64,000 nucleotides of DNA, from positions 1,296 through 65,295 of the forward strand of contig JAFGBK010000072.1 of the NCBI GenBank assembly GCA_016933175.1. Direction: 5' to 3'. The position numbers and the translations under genes are program-made. The notes beneath the pieces were generated by a model, which saw only the letters and a list, made by a program, of their open reading frames with translations, searched no databases and had not been told where the DNA came from. How positions within the stretch are numbered: the first letter of the stretch is position 1; each line of letters begins with the position of its first letter. Origin of the DNA: Candidatus Krumholzibacteriota bacterium (GTDB taxonomy: Bacteria > Krumholzibacteriota > Krumholzibacteriia > JACNKJ01). Of the stretch, positions 26,767 to 35,592 are shown piece after piece.

Positions 26767-27735
26767 GTGGACCGCAATCTGGCGCTCGAGTTCGTACGCG
26801 TGACGGAGGCGGCGGCGATCGCCTCCTCGCGCCTTCTGGGTCGCGGCGATCCCAATGCGGCCGATCAGGCCGCCACCACCGCCATGCGCAACGGCTTCAA
26901 CCGCATCTCCATGAACGCCACCGTCGTCATTGGCGAGGGCGAGCGGGACGAGGCGCCGATGCTCTTCATCGGCGAGCAGGTCGGCACCGGCGAGGGGCCC
27001 GAGGTGGACCTGGCCCTCGATCCCCTCGAGTGCACCAACAGCGTCGCCTACGGCCGGCCCAACGCCATCAGCGTCGTGGCCATGACCAGGCGGGGCCATT
27101 TCCTCCACGCGCCCGACACCTACATGGAGAAGGTGGCCGTGGGGCCCGAGGCCGCGGGTCTCATCGATCTGAACAAGACCCCCGAGGAGAACATCCGCGC
27201 CCTGGCCGAGGCCAAGGGCGTCGACGTTGACGAGATCACCGTGGCCATCCTGGACCGCGAGCGCCACGAGCCCCTGATCGCCCAGGTGCGCAAGCTCGGC
27301 TGCCGCATCCACCTGATCCCCGACGGGGACGTCTCGGCAGCCATCGCCACGGCCATCCCCTCGGCCAGCGTGGACATCCTGCTCGGCATCGGCGGGGCTC
27401 CCGAGGGCGTCCTGGCGGCGGCGGCCCTGCGCTGCATCGGCGGCGACATGCAGGGGCGCCTGACCTTCCGCAACGTCAAGGAGCGCGAGCGGGCCATCGG
27501 CATGGGCATGAAGGACCCCGACGCCATCATGGATATCGAGCAGCTGGCCGGCAGCGAGGACGTCATGCTCGCGGCCACGGGCATCACCGACGGCGACCTG
27601 CTGCGGGGCGTCAAGTTCCGCAAGGGCGGTTGCGTCACCGAGAGCATCATGATGCGCAGCCGCTCGGGCGCCATCCGCTTCATGCGCACCGAGCACAACT
27701 TCAAGAAGCTCGAGACCCTTTACTTCGAGAACTGA
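26767..27735 (+). CDS. glpX: fructose-1,6-bisphosphatase class II
   Basis: Full-length match to GlpX (EAAAIASSRLLGRGD...GEGERDEAPMLFIGE...GGAPEGVLAAAALRCIGG). GTG start after GAAGGGGA. Confidence 0.9.
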   Translation: MDRNLALEFVRVTEAAAIASSRLLGRGDPNAADQAATTAMRNGFNRISMNATVVIGEGERDEAPMLFIGEQVGTGEGPEVDLALDPLECTNSVAYGRPNAISVVAMTRRGHFLHAPDTYMEKVAVGPEAAGLIDLNKTPEENIRALAEAKGVDVDEITVAILDRERHEPLIAQVRKLGCRIHLIPDGDVSAAIATAIPSASVDILLGIGGAPEGVLAAAALRCIGGDMQGRLTFRNVKERERAIGMGMKDPDAIMDIEQLAGSEDVMLAATGITDGDLLRGVKFRKGGCVTESIMMRSRSGAIRFMRTEHNFKKLETLYFEN

Positions 27736-27746
27736 GGACCGGCGCG

Positions 27747-28790
27747 GTGGCGATCAACTGGCTGGCCTATTTGGAGGGGATGGAGGAGTTCTACCGCTGG
27801 CAGCGGGAGGACCACCCCCGGTATCCGGACATCATGCTGGAGTGGGGGCTGTACCACCACCTGCGCGGCGCCCTGGCGGCGGAAACTGGCGCCGGCGAGG
27901 AGGCGGCCGTGCCCTTCCTGGCCGAGGGCGACCGCGCGCTGGCGACCCTGGAGCAGCAGAGCGCCGACTTCCCCGACTTCCGGTGCTGGCGGGACTGGGC
28001 GGCGTCGCAGCGCGGGGGGCCGGCGGCGCCGGACGCCGAGGCCCTGCGCGCCCACTTCCACGCCGTGCCCGGGCTGGCGGGCGAACCCCTCGTGGACGAG
28101 TTGATCGCCGAGCTGGAGCCCCTCGCGGCGCTGCCCGCGGCCCTGCGCCGCGCGGCCCTCTGCCCGGCCTTCCGCCGCCTCTTCGCCACCACGGGCGAGT
28201 ACCTGGCCTTCCGCGAGCAGCTCGCGGCCGCCGCGGCCTTCTACGCCCTGGCCGTGCTGGTCGGCGGCCGCGTGGAGCGCCACTGGATCTACCGCGCCGA
28301 GCTGGCGCGGGCCGGCGGCGATCCCGCCGCGGCGGGCGCGGCCCTCGAGGAGGGCCTGGCCCGGCATCCCGACGACATCGAACTGCTCCGCGAGACGGCG
28401 CAGGAGCGCGAGCGCGCGGGCGATCCCGCGGCGGCGGCGGCCCTGCTCGAGAAGGCGGTGGCGCTGCAGCCCGGCTGGCCCGACCTCCGCTACGACCTCG
28501 CCCGCCTCCTGCGCGAGAGCGAGAGCCCGGAGCGCTCCCTGGAGCAGTTCTCCAAGGCTCTCGAGATGAATCCCGGCTACGAGCGGGCCGCCATCCTTCA
28601 GGCCGAGACCCTCTTCGAGCTCGGCGACCTGGAACAGGCCGAACGGCAGCTCCGCGAGCTGCAGGAGCGGCAGGTGCAGCCCCAGCGCGTCTACCGCCTG
28701 CTCAGCCGCATCTACGCCGAGCGCAAGGACGAGCGCCGGGCCGGACGCTTCGGCCTCCTGGCCCAGGACGACACCGACGAGGGCGTCTAG
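27747..28790 (+). CDS. TPR-like hypothetical protein
   Basis: GTG 8 nt after GAGGA. Helical-repeat composition with a C-terminal TPR pattern (LRYDLARLL..., YERAAILQAETLFELGDLEQA). Confidence 0.6.
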   Translation: MAINWLAYLEGMEEFYRWQREDHPRYPDIMLEWGLYHHLRGALAAETGAGEEAAVPFLAEGDRALATLEQQSADFPDFRCWRDWAASQRGGPAAPDAEALRAHFHAVPGLAGEPLVDELIAELEPLAALPAALRRAALCPAFRRLFATTGEYLAFREQLAAAAAFYALAVLVGGRVERHWIYRAELARAGGDPAAAGAALEEGLARHPDDIELLRETAQERERAGDPAAAAALLEKAVALQPGWPDLRYDLARLLRESESPERSLEQFSKALEMNPGYERAAILQAETLFELGDLEQAERQLRELQERQVQPQRVYRLLSRIYAERKDERRAGRFGLLAQDDTDEGV

Positions 28791-28916
28791 CGGCCGCCGG
28801 CCACCTTCCCTATTGGGTCCCACGGTTTCCCGTCGCGTAGCACGGCGGCGGCGCGCCGCATTTGCGGCACCACCGCTCGCGCTTTTCTGCTAGAATTCCC
28901 TGCGAAGAGGTGTGCC

Positions 28917-30767
28917 GTGACCCACGTGAAGACCCACATCCTGCCTCTGATCCTCCTGCCGCTGCTCCTCCTCCCCGCAGGCGCCCGCGCCTACGTGCGC
29001 CTGGACTTCGAGCAGCCCTACTTCGTCGAGGAGATCGGCGTCCAGTGCAAGGACCACGCGGTGGTCGAGCACGAGGGCCTCTACCACGTCTTCTACATCC
29101 ATAGCTTTCCGCCCGAGCCGGGCGAGTACCTGCGCAGCGAGAAGTGGTTCGGCCACCTGACCACCTCCGACTTCAAGCACTGGACGCGCCACGACAGCAT
29201 CCTCTCGGTGGACGTTCCGAATCCCGCCGCCTGGGAGGCGCGTGCCGTCTGGGCCCCCAAGGTCATCCCCGATCCCGGCGGCGATGGCTGGCAGCTCTTC
29301 TACACGGGCGTCAACGAGGACGTTGCCCAGCAGATGGGCGGTGCCGAGGGCGCCGACCTCTTCACCTGGACCCGCATGCCCGCCAACCCCCTCTACCGGC
29401 CGGGCAGCTGGGCTCTGTGGAGCCCGGACACCTGGTCCAACTGCCGTGATCCGGAGCTCTACTACGACGAGGCCGGGGAGCTCTGGTACCTGCTCAACAC
29501 CACGACCACGGCCGACTCCCTGGGCGCCATCGGCTACGCCACCAGCATCAACCTGACGCGCTGGACGGACCAGGGCCCCTTCTTCGTCAACGACACCGAT
29601 CGCATGCTGGAGAGCTGCCAGCTCGTCAAGCGCGAGGGCAACTATCACCTCTTCTTCACGGAGGAGGAGCTGACCGGGATCAGCCATCTCATCAGCCCCA
29701 CCCTGCTCGGCGGCTGGGACAAGGAGACGCTCTCCTACGTCGACTACGCCCACGCCGCCGAGGTCACCACCCTGGACGGCGAGCCCCGCGACCTGTTCAG
29801 CCGGCACAGCGCCATGAACTCCGTGGACGGCAACCGCTACTACCTCGTCTTCGACCGGATCCGCTTCGACACGCCTGACAACGTCCCCGTGGTGGAGCCC
29901 ATGGGGGGGCTCTCCGACAACTGGGCCGTCGTCTTCGGCGACGCCTTCGAGAAGCAGCCCACCTGGGGCGACAACCCCAAGGAGCGCGACGACGGCAGCA
30001 GCAACATGGAGGGCAACAGCTATCTCGCGACCTTCGAGGAGTTCCCCCACCCCAACTACTTCTACCCCGGCCGCGTCCAGGGTAACGTGCCCACGGGCCT
30101 GCTGCGCAGCGTCACCTTCACGGTCACGGGCGACCGCATGCGCCTGCTGGTGGGGGGCGGCGACAAGCCCGGGCTCTGCTTCGTCGGCCTCGCCCGCGCG
30201 GGCGACGGCCGCATCCTGTTCTGGGAAACGGGTGCAGACTCCTACGCCATGCGCGAGGTGCTCTGGGACCTCTCGACCCTCGCGGGGCAGGGCGTCTACG
30301 TGGTGGTGGCGGACCTGAGCACGACAAGCTGGGGCCACATCAGCGCGGACAGCATCGAGGAGTACCTGAAGTCGGGGGAGGACCCCCTGCCGCCCGTGTC
30401 GCCCCTGGCCGATGGCCCGCTGCTGGTCGACGTGCTGATCGCCGCCGGGTACGGGACCACGGACACCGGGCCCGCTCCCGCGCCGGCGGGCGGCCGGCTG
30501 CTGGCCCCCCATCCCAATCCCTTCAATCCCCGCACCCGGCTGCGCTACGAGCTGGACCGGAGCGGCCGGGCCCTGCTCGAGGTCCATGACGCCTCCGGCC
30601 GCCTGGTGCGCCGGCTTCTGGACGAACCCCTGCCGGCCGGTCCCGGCTTCTGCATCTGGGACGGCCGCCACGCCTCCGGCCGCCCCGCGCCGGCCGGCGT
30701 CTACCTCGCCCGCCTGCGGCTGGACGGCCGCCCTCTCGGCTCGCGCCGCCTCGTCCTCGTCAAGTAG
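28917..30767 (+). CDS. GH32/clan GH-J-like beta-propeller glycoside hydrolase with T9SS-type C-terminal sorting domain (paralog B)
   Basis: ~55-60% aa identity to the 22013-23869 product. CRDPELYY, ESCQLVKREGNYHLFFTEEE. C-terminal APHPNPFNPRTRLRYEL...GVYLARLRLDGR...RRLVLVK. Confidence 0.8.
   Translation: MTHVKTHILPLILLPLLLLPAGARAYVRLDFEQPYFVEEIGVQCKDHAVVEHEGLYHVFYIHSFPPEPGEYLRSEKWFGHLTTSDFKHWTRHDSILSVDVPNPAAWEARAVWAPKVIPDPGGDGWQLFYTGVNEDVAQQMGGAEGADLFTWTRMPANPLYRPGSWALWSPDTWSNCRDPELYYDEAGELWYLLNTTTTADSLGAIGYATSINLTRWTDQGPFFVNDTDRMLESCQLVKREGNYHLFFTEEELTGISHLISPTLLGGWDKETLSYVDYAHAAEVTTLDGEPRDLFSRHSAMNSVDGNRYYLVFDRIRFDTPDNVPVVEPMGGLSDNWAVVFGDAFEKQPTWGDNPKERDDGSSNMEGNSYLATFEEFPHPNYFYPGRVQGNVPTGLLRSVTFTVTGDRMRLLVGGGDKPGLCFVGLARAGDGRILFWETGADSYAMREVLWDLSTLAGQGVYVVVADLSTTSWGHISADSIEEYLKSGEDPLPPVSPLADGPLLVDVLIAAGYGTTDTGPAPAPAGGRLLAPHPNPFNPRTRLRYELDRSGRALLEVHDASGRLVRRLLDEPLPAGPGFCIWDGRHASGRPAPAGVYLARLRLDGRPLGSRRLVLVK
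30496..30549 (+). repeat. inverted repeat partner of 22233-22286
   Basis: ctgctggccccccatcccaatcccttcaatccccgcacccggctgcgctacg. Confidence 0.5.
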
Positions 30768-31016
30768 GAGCCGCGCCGGCTCGCCGGCCGGCGGGCGCTG
30801 ACCCAGAAACAGGACTTGGCGACCGGGCTTCTGTCACGAGATCCTGCCACGCGCCGTCTCGGGCCGCTTCTCATAATCCACTCAATGCCAATCTCTTGAG
30901 CGATCCATGTCCGGGCGCGTGCCGGATGTTCACGGAATCGGTGAATTCCCACCGGCCAAGTGTCCTTCTGAGCGAGACAGCGTGCGAATCATCCACGTGC
31001 TGAGAGGGAGGTCACC

Positions 31017-31289
31017 ATGCGCAACGCCGATCTCGCGCCCGGGGACGAGGCCCGGAAGCAGCTCGTCATGGCCATCGTGGCCTGGATCCGCGGCGACAGC
31101 CTGGAGCAGCTCTGCTGGCGGACGGGCCTGGAGGAGGACGACGCCCGGCGCGCCATCCGCTGCTTCTTCGCCGGCGCCCTCGACGGACTGGCCGACGTCA
31201 TCTCGTCCAGCAGGCCCCTGCGCGCGCCGTCGCCCGCCGAGGTCCTTCCTCTCTTCACCGCCGCCGGGCGGCTTCGATCCGGGAGGTAG
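31017..31289 (+). CDS. small hypothetical protein upstream of the sigma-54 regulator
   Basis: Strong RBS AGAGGGAGG 6 nt before ATG. Its stop TAG overlaps the RBS of the next gene. No family recognised. Confidence 0.3.
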   Translation: MRNADLAPGDEARKQLVMAIVAWIRGDSLEQLCWRTGLEEDDARRAIRCFFAGALDGLADVISSSRPLRAPSPAEVLPLFTAAGRLRSGR

Positions 31290-31293
31290 GCTG

Positions 31294-32739
31294 ATGGTAG
31301 TGAGACGCGAGACGGACCTGGCGCCGCCCCAGGCGGAGAAGGCGGCGCGACCGCGGGTCCTGCTGGTGGACGAGGACATGGTCTTCGCGCATGATCTGGA
31401 GCTGCTGGTCCGCGACCGCTTCGAGCTGCCCGCCGTGGTCACGCCCGATGAGGCCCGGCGCTTCCTGCTGGGGCAGACCGTCGATGCCATCCTGCTGGCC
31501 ATGGGTCTCGATCATGGCGAGGGCAGCCTCGCGCTGCTCGATTTCCTCCAGGTGCAGTACCCCGAGATCCCGGTGGTCATGCTCTGCGCCGAGGACGCCA
31601 CGGAGCCCGTCGTGGCGGCCATCAAGCGCGGCGCCGACGACTGCATCCGCAAGCGCCCCTCGCGGGAGGTCCTTCTCAAGTGCCTGGACCGGACCATGGA
31701 ACTCAAGCGCACGCGCATCCAGGTGCGCAACCTGCAAGCGGACCAGGGGGGCTTCGACGAGATCATCGGCGAGAGCGCATCCATGCGCGAGGTGAAGCGG
31801 CTCATCCAGCAGTACTCGCGCCACGAGGGCAGCGTGCTGGTGCAGGGGCCCTCGGGCTCCGGCAAGGAACTGGTGGCGCGAGCGATCCACGGCCTGAGCG
31901 ACCGCGGCGACGAGCCCTTCATCGTCGTCAACTGCGCCGCCTTCACCGACGAGGACCGCCTGGAGGCCGAGCTCTTCGGCTACGAGCAGGGGGCCTTCGC
32001 GGGCGCCGACCGCCGGCGCATGGGCCGGCTCCAGGAGGTGGGGCGCGGCACCCTCTTCCTGGACGAGGTGTCGGCCGTGGGCCCGCTCTGCCAGATCAAG
32101 CTCATGCGCGTCCTGTCGCCGCCGCGCCAGTTCCGCCCCCTCGGCGGGCGCCGGGAGGTGCCCTTCCAGGCCCGGATCATCGCCGCCTCGAGCCGCGACC
32201 TCGTGGCCGATGTCCGCGGACGGCGGTTCCGGGACGAGCTGCTCTTCCGGCTCAACGCCCTGCGGATCACCCTGCGGCCGCTGGTCGAGCGCCCCGAGGA
32301 CATCGAGCCCCTCGTCCACCACTTCATCCACCGCAAGTCCCTCGAGCTGAAGCGCGCCACGCCGACCCTGGACCAGGAGGCCCTGGGCCTGCTCCAGAGC
32401 TACGGCTGGCCGGGCAACGTGCGCGAGCTGGCCCACGTCGTCGAGGGGGCGCTCTACCAGTGCGAGGGGGCCCACCTGCGCCGCGAACACTTCCAGGATC
32501 TGGAAAAGGTGGACTGGGTGGACGGGCTGCACTGGCGCCAAGCCAAGCAACGGTCGGAGCTTCAGCTCAAGCGGCGCTACTACTCATCGCTGCTGCGGGC
32601 CACCAGCGGCGTCGTCGTCCGGGCGGCCCGTCTGGCCGGGCTGCCGCGCCAGACCGTGCACCGGCACCTGAGGGAGGCGGGCCTGGATCGCGCGGACTTC
32701 ACTGCCCGGCGGCGCCGAAGCGATACTCGCAAGGACTGA
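31294..32739 (+). CDS. sigma-54-dependent transcriptional activator (NtrC family; receiver + AAA+ + Fis-type HTH); candidate PEP-CTERM-system (PrsR-like) regulator
   Basis: GGGAGGTAGG RBS. Central VLVQGPSGSGKELVARAIH Walker A, GAFAGA (GAFTGA-like sigma-54 contact loop), arginine-finger region, and C-terminal HTH (RAARLAGLPRQTVHRHLRE). Confidence 0.9.
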   Translation: MVVRRETDLAPPQAEKAARPRVLLVDEDMVFAHDLELLVRDRFELPAVVTPDEARRFLLGQTVDAILLAMGLDHGEGSLALLDFLQVQYPEIPVVMLCAEDATEPVVAAIKRGADDCIRKRPSREVLLKCLDRTMELKRTRIQVRNLQADQGGFDEIIGESASMREVKRLIQQYSRHEGSVLVQGPSGSGKELVARAIHGLSDRGDEPFIVVNCAAFTDEDRLEAELFGYEQGAFAGADRRRMGRLQEVGRGTLFLDEVSAVGPLCQIKLMRVLSPPRQFRPLGGRREVPFQARIIAASSRDLVADVRGRRFRDELLFRLNALRITLRPLVERPEDIEPLVHHFIHRKSLELKRATPTLDQEALGLLQSYGWPGNVRELAHVVEGALYQCEGAHLRREHFQDLEKVDWVDGLHWRQAKQRSELQLKRRYYSSLLRATSGVVVRAARLAGLPRQTVHRHLREAGLDRADFTARRRRSDTRKD

Positions 32740-32838
32740 GGGCGCGGCTCCGAGCGGTCCGGGGTACTGTCGCGGGCACCGGGCACCGGGCAACGGCGAA
32801 TGGTCCCCCGCGCGGCGCGACTGTGCTATCTTGGGGGC

Positions 32839-34224
32839 ATGGAGCTGTTCGAGGCCACTCCCGCCGCGCCCCTGGCGGACCGCATGCGCCCCCGCAGCCT
32901 GGACGAGTTCGTCGGCCAGGAGCACTTGCTGGGCGAGGGCCGGCCCCTGCGCCGCTACCTGGAGAGCGGCGCCCTGTCCAGCTCCCTGCTCTTCTGGGGG
33001 CCGCCCGGCACGGGCAAGACCACCCTGGCGCGCATCCTGGCCGGCATCGTCGCGGCCGAGTTCACGGCCTTCAGCGCGGTGACCAGCGGCGTCAAGGAAG
33101 TGCGCGCCATCGTCGCCGGCGCCCGCGATCGCCTGGCCCTCGGCGGCCGGCGCACCCTGCTCTTCGTCGACGAGATCCACCGCTTCAACAAGGCCCAGCA
33201 GGACGCCTTCCTGCCCCACGTCGAGGACGGCACCATCATCCTGGTGGGCGCCACCACCGAGAACCCCAGCTTCGAGGTCAACAGCGCCCTGCTCAGCCGC
33301 AGCCGCGTCTTCACGCTGCGGGCCCTGAGCGAGGCGGACGTCCTGGCGCTGCTGCGCCGCGCCCTCGCGGACGGGGAGCGGGGCCTGGGCGCCCTGGCCA
33401 TCGAGGTCGAGGACGGCGCCCTGGAACTGATCGCCGCGTCCGCGAGCGGCGACGCGCGCGTGGCCCTCAACAGCCTCGAGCTGCTGGCCGGCAGCCTCGC
33501 CGAAGCGGAGCCGCGGCGCCTGTCCGCACGCCAGGCGGCCGACCTCCTCCAGCGGCGCAGCCACCTCTACGACAAGGCCGGCGAGGAGCACTACAACCTC
33601 ATCAGCGCCCTGCACAAGAGCCTGCGCGACAGCGATCCCGACGCCTCGCTCTACTGGGCCACCCGCATGCTGGAGTCGGGGGAGGACCCGCTCTACGTCA
33701 TGCGGCGCCTGGTGCGCTTCGCCAGCGAGGACGTGGGCAACGCCGATCCCCGCGCCCTGCAGGTGGCCGTCGCTGCCATGCAGGCCGTGCACTTCCTCGG
33801 CCTGCCCGAGGCGGACACGGCCGTGGCCCAGTGCGTCCTCTACCTGGCCACGGCGCCCAAGAGCAACGCGGCCTACACGGCGGTCAAGCAGGCCCAGGCG
33901 GACGTGGAGCGCCTGCCCGACGCGCCCGTACCCCTGCACCTGCGCAACGCGCCCACGCGCCTGATGAAGGAGCTGGGCTACGGCGACGGCTACGCCTACG
34001 CCCACGACGATCCCGAGGGCGCGCTGCGCCAGGAGCACTTTCCCGAGGCGATCGGGCGCCGCCGCTACTATGCGCCGACGGACCGCGGCCACGAGGCGCG
34101 GATCCGGGAGTTCATGGCCTGGCGCGAGGCCCGCCGCGCCGCGGCGCGCGCCGCGGAGGCGCCCCGCGCCGATGCCGGCGACGCCGACGTCCCGCGCGCC
34201 GGCGAGAAGGAAGAGGCGCCGTGA
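32839..34224 (+). CDS. rarA: replication-associated recombination protein A (AAA+ ATPase)
   Basis: [15 protein letters not shown] Walker [40 protein letters not shown], and the C-terminal MgsA region. Confidence 0.9.
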   Translation: MELFEATPAAPLADRMRPRSLDEFVGQEHLLGEGRPLRRYLESGALSSSLLFWGPPGTGKTTLARILAGIVAAEFTAFSAVTSGVKEVRAIVAGARDRLALGGRRTLLFVDEIHRFNKAQQDAFLPHVEDGTIILVGATTENPSFEVNSALLSRSRVFTLRALSEADVLALLRRALADGERGLGALAIEVEDGALELIAASASGDARVALNSLELLAGSLAEAEPRRLSARQAADLLQRRSHLYDKAGEEHYNLISALHKSLRDSDPDASLYWATRMLESGEDPLYVMRRLVRFASEDVGNADPRALQVAVAAMQAVHFLGLPEADTAVAQCVLYLATAPKSNAAYTAVKQAQADVERLPDAPVPLHLRNAPTRLMKELGYGDGYAYAHDDPEGALRQEHFPEAIGRRRYYAPTDRGHEARIREFMAWREARRAAARAAEAPRADAGDADVPRAGEKEEAP

Positions 34225-34751
34225 GCGGGAGCCTGGCCATCCGCCCCCTGCGCCGCGAGGAGATCCCCGCGGCCGTCGCGCTGTGGCGGCGCGCGGGCAT
34301 CAGCCTCACCCTCAGCGACCGGCCCGAGGAGCTGGCCCGGCTGCTGGACCACAATCCGCGCACCTGCCTGGGCGGCTACGAGGACGGGCGCCTGGTGGCC
34401 ACGGCCCTGGGCACCTTCGACGGCCGGCGCGCCAACCTCTGGCACCTGGCCGTGGATCCCGACCGGCAGGGCCGCGGCCTGGGCCGGGCCATGATGGAGG
34501 CGCTCGAGGCCGTCTGGCGGGACATGGGCGTGGTCAAGGTGACCATGTTCACGGTGGAGATGAGCAACGCGGACGTGGAGGGCTTCTACCATCGGCTCGG
34601 CTACCGCACGCGCAACGACATCTTCGCCATGAGCAAGATCCTGCGCGAGGACGACGGGCCGCCGGGAACCAAGGGCGATCCCCTGGCCCGGCCGCCGGAC
34701 GGCGCGCGCGACCCTTTGGACCGGCCGCCGGACGGCGAGGACGCGCCATGA
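34221..34751 (+). CDS. GNAT family N-acetyltransferase
   Basis: GTG overlaps the rarA stop (GTGA), with GAGAAGGAAGAGG RBS. HLAVDPDRQGRGLGRAMMEALE is acetyl-CoA-binding motif A. Confidence 0.8.
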   Translation: MSGSLAIRPLRREEIPAAVALWRRAGISLTLSDRPEELARLLDHNPRTCLGGYEDGRLVATALGTFDGRRANLWHLAVDPDRQGRGLGRAMMEALEAVWRDMGVVKVTMFTVEMSNADVEGFYHRLGYRTRNDIFAMSKILREDDGPPGTKGDPLARPPDGARDPLDRPPDGEDAP

Positions 34752-35506
34752 AGCGGGAATGGTGGCAGAGCTTCTTCCGCGGCCCCTGGCTGGATTTCCA
34801 GCGGACCATGGACCGGCCCGAGCGCGTCGTTCCGGTGGCGGACTTCCTGGAGCGGGAGCTGGACCTGCCCGCGGGCGCGCGCGTCCTGGACGCCCCTTGC
34901 GGCGAGGGCCGCATCGCCCGCGAGATGGCGCGGCGCGGCTACCGCGTGACGGGCCTGGACCTCGCGCCCGGCCTGCTGCGCGACGCCGAGCAACTGGCGC
35001 GGCGCGACGGCCTGGACATCGAGTGGCATCGCGGCGACATGCGCGAGCTGCCCTGGCGCCGCCGCTTCGACCTGGCCCTGTGCTGGTGGGGGAGCTTCGG
35101 CTACTTCAGCGACTCGGAGAACCGCCGCCACGTCAAGGCCGTGGCGCGGGCCCTGAAGCCCGGCGGCCGCTTCGCCATCGACACCCACTCGCCCGAGACC
35201 CTCTTCCCCGGTTTCCTGCAGCGCCAGTGGGCGGAGGACGGCGGCGTCATCCTGTTCAGCCGCAACAGCTATGACGTGGACAGCGGCCGCGTGGAAACCG
35301 AGTGGGAGTTCATCCACGAAGGGCGGCGCCGCAGCGCCCGCAGCTCCATCCGGCTCTACACCCTGCGCGAGCTGCGCGAGCTCTTCGCCGCCGCGGGCTT
35401 CGGTGACTTCCAGAGCTACGGCAGCCTCGAGGGCGATCCCTTCGAGCTGGACTCGCGGCGCCTCGTCTTCGTGGCCCGCAAGGGTCGGGCCGCCGGCGGG
35501 CCCTGA
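34748..35506 (+). CDS. class I SAM-dependent methyltransferase
   Basis: ATG overlaps the GNAT stop (ATGA). VLDAPCGEGRIAREMARRGYRVTGLDL motif I. ALKPGGRFAI. Confidence 0.85.
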   Translation: MKREWWQSFFRGPWLDFQRTMDRPERVVPVADFLERELDLPAGARVLDAPCGEGRIAREMARRGYRVTGLDLAPGLLRDAEQLARRDGLDIEWHRGDMRELPWRRRFDLALCWWGSFGYFSDSENRRHVKAVARALKPGGRFAIDTHSPETLFPGFLQRQWAEDGGVILFSRNSYDVDSGRVETEWEFIHEGRRRSARSSIRLYTLRELRELFAAAGFGDFQSYGSLEGDPFELDSRRLVFVARKGRAAGGP

Positions 35507-35592
35507 CGCCGCCGCCGGCCCGGTTCGTCGCGCCGGACGGGAATTCCCCGCGCGGCCTTGCCGCCGGGGCCGGCCTGGCCTACCGTACGCGG

